Assembly: GCA_045611845.1 (NCBI GenBank)
Contig: JAZKXZ010000025.1
Coordinates: 190,077-254,076, forward strand
Origin: Candidatus Enterocola sp.
Lineage (GTDB): Bacteria; Bacteroidota; Bacteroidia; Bacteroidales; Paludibacteraceae
Direction: 5' to 3'
Length of the DNA stretch: 64,000 nt
How positions within the stretch are numbered: position 1 is the first letter of the stretch; every line of letters begins with the position of its first letter. Under the pieces are notes generated by a model that ran no database searches, had not been told where the DNA came from, and worked only from the letters and a program-made list of their open reading frames with translations. The position numbers and the translations under genes are program-made. Of this stretch, positions 17,314 through 25,403 are shown one piece after another.

Positions 17314-18825
17314 TTATTTCTTTATAACCCAATAACCATTTTTACGTCCTCCTTCACGGAACAAGATTCCCATTTCATGAAGCGCAGCGAGGTCTCTTTT
17401 TATAGTCCTTTCGGAGATAGATTCCTTTTGGGCAATCTTTTGGGTAATCCTCGGGGTACTTAAAGTGCAATCTTCTCTTAGTAAATTTAATATAAATTTC
17501 TGTCTATCAGTCAGTTCTTTAGTGACATCTTTAGTGACATCTTTTACGACATTCAATGTCCTAAAAGAACTATTATTTTGTTGAAAAGGTAGAACTAGCT
17601 CAACTTCATTTAAGTCTATTTTGTTTATAAGTTGAGGTTCACCCCAGTTAGTTTCTTTCCATGCTGCAATGATTTGAGGAAATCCAGAACCTAGATTTTC
17701 TCCAAAACCAACCATGCGAAGCATATTTTGTATACGTGGGTTTCTAGCAACAGAGTTACCTCCATTGTATATTTTTTCTATTGGTAGTCTTAGGAGTCCT
17801 GGATTTCTAAAACATAGTCGGTCATCATGTTTTTCGATACGCAAAATACCAGATTCTAACATTAAATCGGCGTGAATAATTGCATTTGTAAATGCTTCTC
17901 TTACAGCTTTGTGCTGAGGTGTATCATCAACTCTTTGTAAACCTTCCATACGAAAAGGTCTAGGTAAATCAAAAGTCATTTTTGGAAGAACAATACTAAA
18001 GAAACTGTATAGATTGTTTTCCCATCTACCATCGTATGTTAAGCGGTCGCTATAGCGTTCGTCTCCAATAAGATTACAAAAATTAATATAATCCATACGG
18101 AAGTTGTCAAAACGTTCTCTAATAGGCAGACCTTTACCAAACATCATAAGACCTGCAACAGAAAGTCCTTCTCTGCCTTCTTCTTTATTTACGATATATC
18201 CTCCAAGGTTCCTTAGGAACGTTTTGTCGTCAATTTCACTCCAAATATGGTCTGTATTCCATACACGGAAAAGATTGCGATAGCGATGTAGTGAGTCAAG
18301 GTCTATGTCTTCCATGTCGTAATGATCAAGAATAATACCATCATTACCATCTTCAAATGAGTCGCGTATCATAGCTCGAACTTGTCTTGCTGTACAATGA
18401 TAGTCTCCTTCGTGATTGCGTTTGAAAGTTCCTTTGTATGGATTTTCATTTAGGAATATAGGTTTTATTCTCCAATCTGCCTGAGGAACATTGATACAAA
18501 TAATCTTCTTGCCATCAATGTCAATTATGTTAACATCGTGGTCTGATAAGATGTTCTCATTAACTTTATTACTGTTAATTGTATTCCAAAAATCAGTAAT
18601 AATCTTTTCAGGGGCATCTACTCCAATTATCTGATAACGTTCTTCGAAGTTGGACTGTTTTAAATCTTCTGCAATCCCAAGAAGTATAGTGCCTCCGTAT
18701 GTGTTCGCAAAAGCAGAATAGGTCTCCCATGTGGAGTTTGGTAGTGTGTTTGTTGCTCTCTTACATTCTAAAGTAAGACGTTCTCCATGTTTTAAAATTT
18801 GATTTAAGTTTTTTGATGGATTCAT
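17314..18825 (-). CDS. Schlafen/AlbA_2 domain protein with HATPase_c_4-like and C-terminal wHTH domains (RecG-related putative DNA-binding regulator)
   Basis: ERLTLECKRATNTLPNSTWETYSAFANTYGGTILLGI is the AlbA_2 signature. REAFTNAIIHADL...RNPRIQNMLRMVGFGENLGSGFPQI is the ATPase-like region. The C-terminus SERTIKRDLAALHEMGILFREG is a wHTH. Confidence 0.85.
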   Translation of the reverse strand: MNPSKNLNQILKHGERLTLECKRATNTLPNSTWETYSAFANTYGGTILLGIAEDLKQSNFEERYQIIGVDAPEKIITDFWNTINSNKVNENILSDHDVNIIDIDGKKIICINVPQADWRIKPIFLNENPYKGTFKRNHEGDYHCTARQVRAMIRDSFEDGNDGIILDHYDMEDIDLDSLHRYRNLFRVWNTDHIWSEIDDKTFLRNLGGYIVNKEEGREGLSVAGLMMFGKGLPIRERFDNFRMDYINFCNLIGDERYSDRLTYDGRWENNLYSFFSIVLPKMTFDLPRPFRMEGLQRVDDTPQHKAVREAFTNAIIHADLMLESGILRIEKHDDRLCFRNPGLLRLPIEKIYNGGNSVARNPRIQNMLRMVGFGENLGSGFPQIIAAWKETNWGEPQLINKIDLNEVELVLPFQQNNSSFRTLNVVKDVTKDVTKELTDRQKFILNLLREDCTLSTPRITQKIAQKESISERTIKRDLAALHEMGILFREGGRKNGYWVIKK

Positions 18826-18843
18826 ACATTTAATTATTTAAGT

Positions 18844-19104
18844 TTAAAATATCTCAATATGGGTTTGTAATTCAATTAGATTTTCAGTGCAAGAGATTTC
18901 TCTAAAATGGCGTAAATGTGTTTCTGTAAATTCGTAATTATCTGATTGTAACTTTTTTCTGAAAGTATCAAGTATTGTTTCTTGTTCTTTTTGAGCGTCC
19001 TCCAAACAAGAGAATCTCTCGCAATTTATACTTAGATTTCCATCTAAGTCAATATCAGCATAATGTAAAATGTAGATGTTGTTCATTATGTAAAAGTTTA
19101 CCAA
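18844..19104 (-). CDS. Hypothetical small protein (80-86 aa)
   Basis: ORF overlaps the stop of the upstream gene by 7 nt. It sits between two same-strand genes and has no recognisable motif. Confidence 0.4.
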   Translation of the reverse strand: MVNFYIMNNIYILHYADIDLDGNLSINCERFSCLEDAQKEQETILDTFRKKLQSDNYEFTETHLRHFREISCTENLIELQTHIEIF

Positions 19105-19817
19105 CTTGACTTACTTATTTTAATCATCCCTTCGTACATTTCTACTACTCGACTATAGTCTAAAAATTTTACACGTTTTGCTATACAATCAAACATTGAT
19201 ACATGTAGTTTATCTTCAAATTCTTTCTTTCTAAATGTATCTGCAACTATATAAAAACCAGAATTAAAGTCTTGAAGCTCGTAAAACTTACATAAAGAAT
19301 TTTTAATATCTGTTGTATGCTCAATTTCATAAAAATTTGAGGGCATATTTCTTTCGTTAAACCAGATAACATCAATGCTTCTTGCTTTCTTAAGAATATT
19401 ATCATAAGTGAAAATAGGGAGTGAAATAGAATCAGCAATTTCTCCTAATTTCTTATCGATAAATTTCCTATTTTGATCTTGAGGTGGTATATAAGTTGTT
19501 TGTCTCCTTATTTTTCCGATCTCTACGAGTAAACCTTGATAATAACTGTGAGAGAATAGTTCTTCGTTTTCAGGTTTTCCGGTGTTTAATTCAAACTTAG
19601 TTAAAACTTCATTTCTTTTTTCTTCTAAAGCCCATAATCCAGGACGAATTTTAAATATTAAATTGCTTTGTTGTACAATACGACGCACAGAAGCTTCTGG
19701 CGTTTTCGTTTTCCATGAACTAAAGTCTAAGACTTCATTAAGTCTGCGTAGTGTTGCATAGCCACCTTCTTCTCTTAGTTTATTTATAACTTGTGACTCT
19801 TGTGTTTCGTATTTCAT
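19098..19817 (-). CDS. Hypothetical protein: N-terminal winged-helix-like domain plus possible PD-(D/E)XK-like nuclease core
   Basis: The N-terminus (VINKLREEGGYATLRRLNEVL...IFKIRPGLWAL) looks like a wHTH. The C-terminal half has HSYYQGLLVEIG ... IDVIWFNERN.PSNFYEIEHTTDIKNSL, a D...E-x-E/H arrangement seen in restriction-endonuclease-like folds. The assignment is tentative. Confidence 0.55.
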   Translation of the reverse strand: MKYETQESQVINKLREEGGYATLRRLNEVLDFSSWKTKTPEASVRRIVQQSNLIFKIRPGLWALEEKRNEVLTKFELNTGKPENEELFSHSYYQGLLVEIGKIRRQTTYIPPQDQNRKFIDKKLGEIADSISLPIFTYDNILKKARSIDVIWFNERNMPSNFYEIEHTTDIKNSLCKFYELQDFNSGFYIVADTFRKKEFEDKLHVSMFDCIAKRVKFLDYSRVVEMYEGMIKISKSSW

Positions 19818-19982
19818 TATTTTTGTATTTAACTACACAAAGATAAAAAATTCTTATTTTTTTGCAAAGATAATATTGGGGTGTAGCAAAAAATGATACA
19901 GGTTGATAATATTTTTGCGGAGTGAAAGTTTTTTTCTAAAATTTACTATATTTGTGTATTCAATAATCAAAAACAAAAAACA

Positions 19983-20177
19983 ATGAAAACTATAAGAACT
20001 TATGTGAATGCGATGCAGGCGGAAATGGACCGTCAGGTGCTAGAAAATGAGGGTGTAAGGGCCTGTGTGATGGATGAAAATATGGGCTCGATGTTTCATG
20101 TGGCAGTGGGTGGAGTGAAACTAATGGTAGACGATGCCGACTTGGAGAAAGCAGAAGAAATATTAAATAAAGACTAA
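19983..20177 (+). CDS. DUF2007-like small protein (putative signal-transducing protein)
   Basis: 64 aa with AEMDRQVLENEGVRACVMDEN...GGVKLMVDDADLEKAEEIL, matching the DUF2007 pattern. Confidence 0.65.
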   Translation: MKTIRTYVNAMQAEMDRQVLENEGVRACVMDENMGSMFHVAVGGVKLMVDDADLEKAEEILNKD

Positions 20178-20182
20178 ATATA

Positions 20183-20500
20183 ATGGATTGGAAAGATGCA
20201 TTGGCGGGGCTGCAAGTGCCTCAGGTGGAAACAACTGAAGAGGAACAAACCTCTGAAACAAAACAAGTGCAAAAAACTGCACTTAATATTTCGTTTCAAC
20301 GCCGTAATGGCAAACCTGCAACCATAATTACTGAGTTTGAAGGCACAGACGAAGAACTTAAAGACCTTGCAAAGTACCTAAAGGTGCAATGTGGAGTGGG
20401 TGGTTCTGCTCGTGGCGGCGAAATCCTAATCCAAGGCGACGTGCGTGCCAAAGTGAAAGATTTGCTTAAAGCAAAAGGTTATAAAACCAAAGGAGGATAG
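20183..20500 (+). CDS. yciH: Translation initiation factor SUI1/YciH family
   Basis: RRNGKPATIITEFEGTDEELKDLAKYLKVQCGVGGSARGGEILIQGDVRAKVKDLLKAKGYKTK is the SUI1 domain. Confidence 0.9.
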   Translation: MDWKDALAGLQVPQVETTEEEQTSETKQVQKTALNISFQRRNGKPATIITEFEGTDEELKDLAKYLKVQCGVGGSARGGEILIQGDVRAKVKDLLKAKGYKTKGG

Positions 20501-20506
20501 AAATTT

Positions 20507-23458
20507 ATGCCTATAAAAGTATTAAAAGCATCTGCAGGGAGTGGTAAAACATACAGACTTACAAACGATTATGTGAAATTACTAAATTCTGGTTCTTCTC
20601 ATAATCAGATACTTGCTGTGACCTTTACAAACAAGGCTACAGAGGAAATGAAGTCTCGTATTGTAAAGGAACTCAACGAACGAGCCAAGGAAAAAGATGA
20701 CAAAGTGGCGCTTGAATACTTGAAGTCTATACTGCACGATTATTCTCATTTCAATATTTCTACTATAGATAAATTCTTTCAGAAGATAGTTCGTTCTATG
20801 TTTAGAGAACTAGGTTTAAGCGGATTATATAATCTTGTTTTGGATAAAACCCAGCTTATAGAGGATTCTGTAGATGAAATGCGAATAAATCTAGATAAGT
20901 ATGAGAATGCTTACGATTTGCTTTTAAAACATGCGTTGAGTAAGATGAGGGAGGGTGAGGATTGGTCTTTTGCAAAAGAGTTGAAGTCGCTTACAAAACT
21001 ACTTTGGAAAGAAGAGTTTATGAACTTAACTCAAGAGGAACGCGAATTATATACATACGACAATGTAAAAAAACTGTTTAATGAATGTATAACAAGAAAA
21101 GAGGAGATTCTTGCCGAATGGGCTGAATTGGCAGAAAAAGCAAAGAACTCTTTTGTTGCAGCAGGGCTTAACTTAGAGAAAGATTCTTCTAGAAAAGTGC
21201 TAACTCGTTTAGATTCTTTTATTACAGGGAAGATAAATTTCTTTACAGAAACACAACAGGCAAACCTATCACTCGAAGGTGTGCTTACTAAAGCTAATTA
21301 CTCTAAATTTGAAGCTAGGTTGAGAAATACAGGTTTCGATGTGGCTATAGAAGAGTTTGCAAATAGTTATAATAATAATTTGAATACTTATTATGCTACG
21401 CTTGCAGTGTCTTCTCATGCTATTTATCTGCCTATTATTGTGGAAATTCACTCACTCATAAGGGAAAGATTACAAGAAAGGAATGAGTTTTTGCTTTCGG
21501 AAATAAATCATTTGCTTGCAGGTATGATAGGTGATAACGATGCTCCTTTTATCTACGAAAAGGTTGGCACTCAGATAAAAAACTATTTGTTGGATGAGTT
21601 TCAAGATACCTCTTCGATGCAGTGGAAAAACTTTATTCCGCTGGTGAGTGATTCAGTTTCCTATGGCAACGAGAACCTTGTGGTAGGAGATGTGAAGCAA
21701 AGTATTTATCGTTGGAGAAACTCCGATTGGAATATATTGGCACATAAAATTAAAGATGAATACAGGAGTAATTGTATAGAAGATACCTTGGAAGACAACT
21801 GGCGAAGTTTACGTGAGATAATCAATTTTAATAATAGTTTCTTCCCAAATTTGGTAAACTTCTTGGCGGATGAAAACATAAAGAATGTGTATTCTGATGT
21901 GGTTCAAAAGATAAGTGTAGAAAGAAAATCGCCAGAAGGTGGGTATGTGAATTGGAAAGTGTGGAACGAAGTGCAAGGTGAGCAAGTAGATTTTCAGGAG
22001 GAGGAACTTAATGCTCTGTATCATGATATAAAAGAAGTTTTGTCTAATGGATATAACTTAAATGATATAGGCATTTTGGTGAGAGATAAAAAGAAGGGCG
22101 TTTTAGTTTCTAAATATCTTTTAGAAAAAGGGATAAATGTAATTTCTTCGGAGAGTTTGCTCGTGTCTTCTTCAAACGATGTTAGACTCTTGGTATATCT
22201 TTTAAGAATGTTTGTAAACAAAGATGATGTTGTTAATAAATTTGTTTTAGATAACTTACGAATACTTTCTCCTGAAGAGTCTGATGCAATATTGAAGGCT
22301 TCAAATCTGCCACTATTTGAACAAGTAGAAAAATATATTCAGATATTAAAATTAAATGAAGTAAAAGAATCTATTGTTTATGTTCAGGCATTTCAAGATT
22401 TGGTATTTGACTATAATCAAAAACGTTCTTCTGATATTAACGGCTTCTTGTCTTGGTGGGAATTGGAAGGTAAAAATATTTCTATCGAGGGAGGAAGTGG
22501 AATAGATGCGGTAAATATTCTTACTATTCATAAGTCTAAAGGTCTGGACTTTCATGCGATATTTGTGCCATTTTGTGAATGGCCTTTAAGTAAGAACGGT
22601 GAAATAAAATGGTTTAGAAACGATGCCTCGGCATTTACAAATTATATACCATTATTGCCGCTTAAAATAAATAAGGAATTAGAAAAGACAAATTTTAAAG
22701 CAGAGTATGAAGAAGAAATGCTATATAAAAAGATAGATAACTTAAATCTTATTTATGTGGCACTTACTCGTGCGCGTGATGCTATGTATATTTATTCGGC
22801 ACCAGGCACGGGCCATGAAGTTTATAAATGGGTGTCACAGGTAATGAGTAAATACGTATGTGATGAGTTATCTGATGAAACTTTGTATAGAAGCTATTCT
22901 TTTGGAAAATTGGAGGCTCCTAAAAAAGAAAAGGAAGAAAAAAAGACTAAAACTGAGTCTTGTGAATGTGGTTATCCTTCTATAGATTATAACAACGTGG
23001 CTTCTAAAGTGAATTTAAGATTTCAGACAGAGTCTTCTTTGCGTCAGCACGAAGGTAATGTGCTTCACGGAATTTTGCAGTATGTTAAGACCAAAGATGA
23101 TGTACCTAGAGCTATAAACAAGGCTGTGCGTATGGGCCTTATCTCGACCAAGGAAGTGGACTTAAAAACAGAACTAGATAATATTATTAATAATCCATTA
23201 ACCTCTGAGTGGTTTGACGGCACTTATCAAACAGTATGGAACGAAAGGACTATAATATCTAAAGCACTTTATCGTCCAGACAGAATTATGGAAAAAGATG
23301 GGGAACTTCTAGTAGTGGATTATAAATTTGGTGAGCAAAACGATAAATATTTTGCCCAAATAAGAAACTACATTAAGCTCTTAAAGCAAATGGGTAAGTG
23401 GAAGAATGTGAGAGGGTGTTTGTATTATCATAAGACAAGAACTGTCCAATGGGTATAA
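20507..23458 (+). CDS. UvrD/Rep-family helicase with C-terminal PD-(D/E)XK nuclease (AddA/RecB-like)
   Basis: Walker A ASAGSGKTYRLT, helicase motifs LLDEFQDTS and VGDVKQSIYRWR. IHKSKGLDF and ALTRARDAMY lie in domain 2A. The C-terminal nuclease motif is RPDRIM..GELLVVDYKFGEQ. Confidence 0.9.
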   Translation: MPIKVLKASAGSGKTYRLTNDYVKLLNSGSSHNQILAVTFTNKATEEMKSRIVKELNERAKEKDDKVALEYLKSILHDYSHFNISTIDKFFQKIVRSMFRELGLSGLYNLVLDKTQLIEDSVDEMRINLDKYENAYDLLLKHALSKMREGEDWSFAKELKSLTKLLWKEEFMNLTQEERELYTYDNVKKLFNECITRKEEILAEWAELAEKAKNSFVAAGLNLEKDSSRKVLTRLDSFITGKINFFTETQQANLSLEGVLTKANYSKFEARLRNTGFDVAIEEFANSYNNNLNTYYATLAVSSHAIYLPIIVEIHSLIRERLQERNEFLLSEINHLLAGMIGDNDAPFIYEKVGTQIKNYLLDEFQDTSSMQWKNFIPLVSDSVSYGNENLVVGDVKQSIYRWRNSDWNILAHKIKDEYRSNCIEDTLEDNWRSLREIINFNNSFFPNLVNFLADENIKNVYSDVVQKISVERKSPEGGYVNWKVWNEVQGEQVDFQEEELNALYHDIKEVLSNGYNLNDIGILVRDKKKGVLVSKYLLEKGINVISSESLLVSSSNDVRLLVYLLRMFVNKDDVVNKFVLDNLRILSPEESDAILKASNLPLFEQVEKYIQILKLNEVKESIVYVQAFQDLVFDYNQKRSSDINGFLSWWELEGKNISIEGGSGIDAVNILTIHKSKGLDFHAIFVPFCEWPLSKNGEIKWFRNDASAFTNYIPLLPLKINKELEKTNFKAEYEEEMLYKKIDNLNLIYVALTRARDAMYIYSAPGTGHEVYKWVSQVMSKYVCDELSDETLYRSYSFGKLEAPKKEKEEKKTKTESCECGYPSIDYNNVASKVNLRFQTESSLRQHEGNVLHGILQYVKTKDDVPRAINKAVRMGLISTKEVDLKTELDNIINNPLTSEWFDGTYQTVWNERTIISKALYRPDRIMEKDGELLVVDYKFGEQNDKYFAQIRNYIKLLKQMGKWKNVRGCLYYHKTRTVQWV

Positions 23459-23503
23459 AATTATGAGTTGAGTTATATCTTTTTATTAGCCTAATAGAAT
23501 ATT

Positions 23504-23528
23504 AAAGCCCGACTTGTGGTCGGGCTTT
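23504..23528. terminator. Bidirectional hairpin terminator
   Basis: AAAGCCCGAC (23504-23513) / GTCGGGCTTT (23519-23528) forms a GC-rich stem with flanking A/T runs. It lies between convergent genes. Confidence 0.75.
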
Positions 23529-23533
23529 AATGT

Positions 23534-24199
23534 TTATTCGAAATCAAATACATATCCTACCGAAACAAAGAACCCATCAGTTTTTAGGTTGCTTCTGTGA
23601 GATTCTTCTCTCATAATGTTGAATACGCCTAAGTTGTAACCTGCTGTAAGTCTCGCTCCCATATATTCTGCACCTATGGCAAAGTGGATAAGGCAGTTGA
23701 ATGGGTGAAGTGTATCTTTGAATAGGTTGTCGTCGTATTCATCTGCAAATTCTATACCATCAATTTTGTATGATAGTGTGGTTTGACTTCCAACACCAGC
23801 AGATAATATTGGACCTACTTCAAGAAGTAATGTTGCTTCTCTTACTGGAAGTTTGCCCACTGCGTAAATAGGTACTTGTAGGTAATAAAGTGTAATATCT
23901 TCTTTTGTGCTAAGAGTGTGGCCTTGACCATAAATACCTTTGTCTTGCAGAGAGAAACCATTCATAGCAAAACCAAAACCAGATTGAATGTCTAGGTAAT
24001 CTTCTACAGCTTCGTATGTTACTGTAGGGGTGATACTAAATCCACTAATGTTGTTTACAACTTGAGTTTTACCATCGTATTTCCACATTGCACCTGTGTT
24101 TTCGTACGCCACATTAATGCCAAATCCCCATTGTGAGAATACTGGTAGAGAAATTAGCAATAGTGCTGACAATGTTATAATTCTATAAAATATTTTCAT
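23534..24199 (-). CDS. Outer-membrane beta-barrel (porin-family/OmpA-beta-barrel-like) protein
   Basis: Signal peptide MKIFYRIITLSALLLISLPVFSQ. The sequence has an alternating beta-strand pattern and the aromatic-rich C-terminus GFFVSVGYVFDFE. Confidence 0.7.
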   Translation of the reverse strand: MKIFYRIITLSALLLISLPVFSQWGFGINVAYENTGAMWKYDGKTQVVNNISGFSITPTVTYEAVEDYLDIQSGFGFAMNGFSLQDKGIYGQGHTLSTKEDITLYYLQVPIYAVGKLPVREATLLLEVGPILSAGVGSQTTLSYKIDGIEFADEYDDNLFKDTLHPFNCLIHFAIGAEYMGARLTAGYNLGVFNIMREESHRSNLKTDGFFVSVGYVFDFE

Positions 24200-24258
24200 A
24201 AGTTAAAGTATATGGCACAAAGATAGTATATTTAGGCAAATAAAAATTATTTTTTTAA

Positions 24259-24266
24259 TATCTTTG
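24259..24266 (+). promoter_or_regulatory. -7 promoter box TATCTTTG for cysK
   Basis: Exact TAnnTTTG match 22 nt upstream of the ATG at 24288. Confidence 0.45.
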
Positions 24267-24287
24267 TGTGGTTAAATACAATAAGTT

Positions 24288-25214
24288 ATGAAAATTGCAT
24301 CAGAAATTTTAGAATTGGTAGGAAAAACTCCCTTGTTGGAACTATCTAGATATTCTAAAAACAAAGGTTGTTTAGCTCGTGTTATTGCAAAGTTGGAATA
24401 TTTTAATCCAGCTGGCAGTGTGAAAGACCGTGTGGCATTGAATATGGTGGAGCAGGCAGAAAAAGATGGAATTTTGTGTGCCGGAGCAACAATTATTGAA
24501 CCAACAAGTGGAAATACTGGTGTGGGACTTGCTATGGTGTGTGCTGTGAAAGGTTATAATTTAATCTTAACTATGCCAGAAACTATGAGTGTGGAACGCC
24601 AAAAACTTCTTAAAGCATACGGAGCTAGAATAGAACTTACTCCTGGTGCAGAAGGAATGCAAGGTGCTATTAATAAGGCGATTGAATTGCGTGATTCTAT
24701 TTCTAGTGCTGTGATTTTGCAACAATTTGAAAACCTAGCAAACCCTGATGCTCATTATAAAACCACTGCTCGTGAGATTATTGAAGCTACCGATGGCAAG
24801 ATAGATGTGTTTGTATCTGCTGTGGGGACTGGTGGAACAATCTCTGGTACAGCAAAGGCATTAAAGGAATTTAATCCTAATATTTACGTGGTGGCAGTGG
24901 AGCCTGCTGAGTCGCCTGTGCTTTCTGGAGGTGAAAAGGGACCTCACAAAATACAAGGCATTGGTGCTGGTTTTGTTCCTGCTATTTATGATGCCTCTGT
25001 GGTAGATGAGGTGGTAACTGTTTCTGGTGATGATGCTATGCAAGCATCTCGTGAAATTGCTCGCACAGAGGGCGTGCTTGTTGGTATTTCTTCTGGAGCT
25101 GCGGCGTGTGTTGCCTCTAGAATAGCAATGCGAGAAGAGTTTGTCGGAAAGAATGTTGTGTGTATTCTTCCGGATACGGGGGAGAGGTATCTTTCAACGG
25201 AGCTTTATGTTTAA
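24288..25214 (+). CDS. cysK: Cysteine synthase A (O-acetylserine sulfhydrylase)
   Basis: KLEYFNPAGSVKDR (PLP lysine), EPTSGNTG and GTGGTISG. Confidence 0.95.
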   Translation: MKIASEILELVGKTPLLELSRYSKNKGCLARVIAKLEYFNPAGSVKDRVALNMVEQAEKDGILCAGATIIEPTSGNTGVGLAMVCAVKGYNLILTMPETMSVERQKLLKAYGARIELTPGAEGMQGAINKAIELRDSISSAVILQQFENLANPDAHYKTTAREIIEATDGKIDVFVSAVGTGGTISGTAKALKEFNPNIYVVAVEPAESPVLSGGEKGPHKIQGIGAGFVPAIYDASVVDEVVTVSGDDAMQASREIARTEGVLVGISSGAAACVASRIAMREEFVGKNVVCILPDTGERYLSTELYV

Positions 25215-25403
25215 TTTTATATTTTCGATGCAAAAATTTTACACTTCGCGCTCTTCGCGGGATTTTATTCATTATTGACTACAAAAGCTAAACTCGTTTC
25301 ACTCAAACAACGCTTTTGCTTAACGTCACTAATTTCATAAAATCTATTTCCGCTCATCACGAGGCGTTCAAATTTTTCATCGAAAACATTTATATTAACG
25401 ATT

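Noticed and set aside
25215-25403. A 190-nt leader between cysK and metH, where a SAM or cobalamin riboswitch might be expected.
   Set aside because: I could not find a B12 box, the SAM-I core, or a convincing SAM-II-type pseudoknot. Only short hairpins are present (AAAAGC...GCTTTT) plus a CTTCGCG direct repeat. A cmscan against Rfam would settle it. A hit to SAM-II/SAM-SAH/cobalamin would overturn this rejection.
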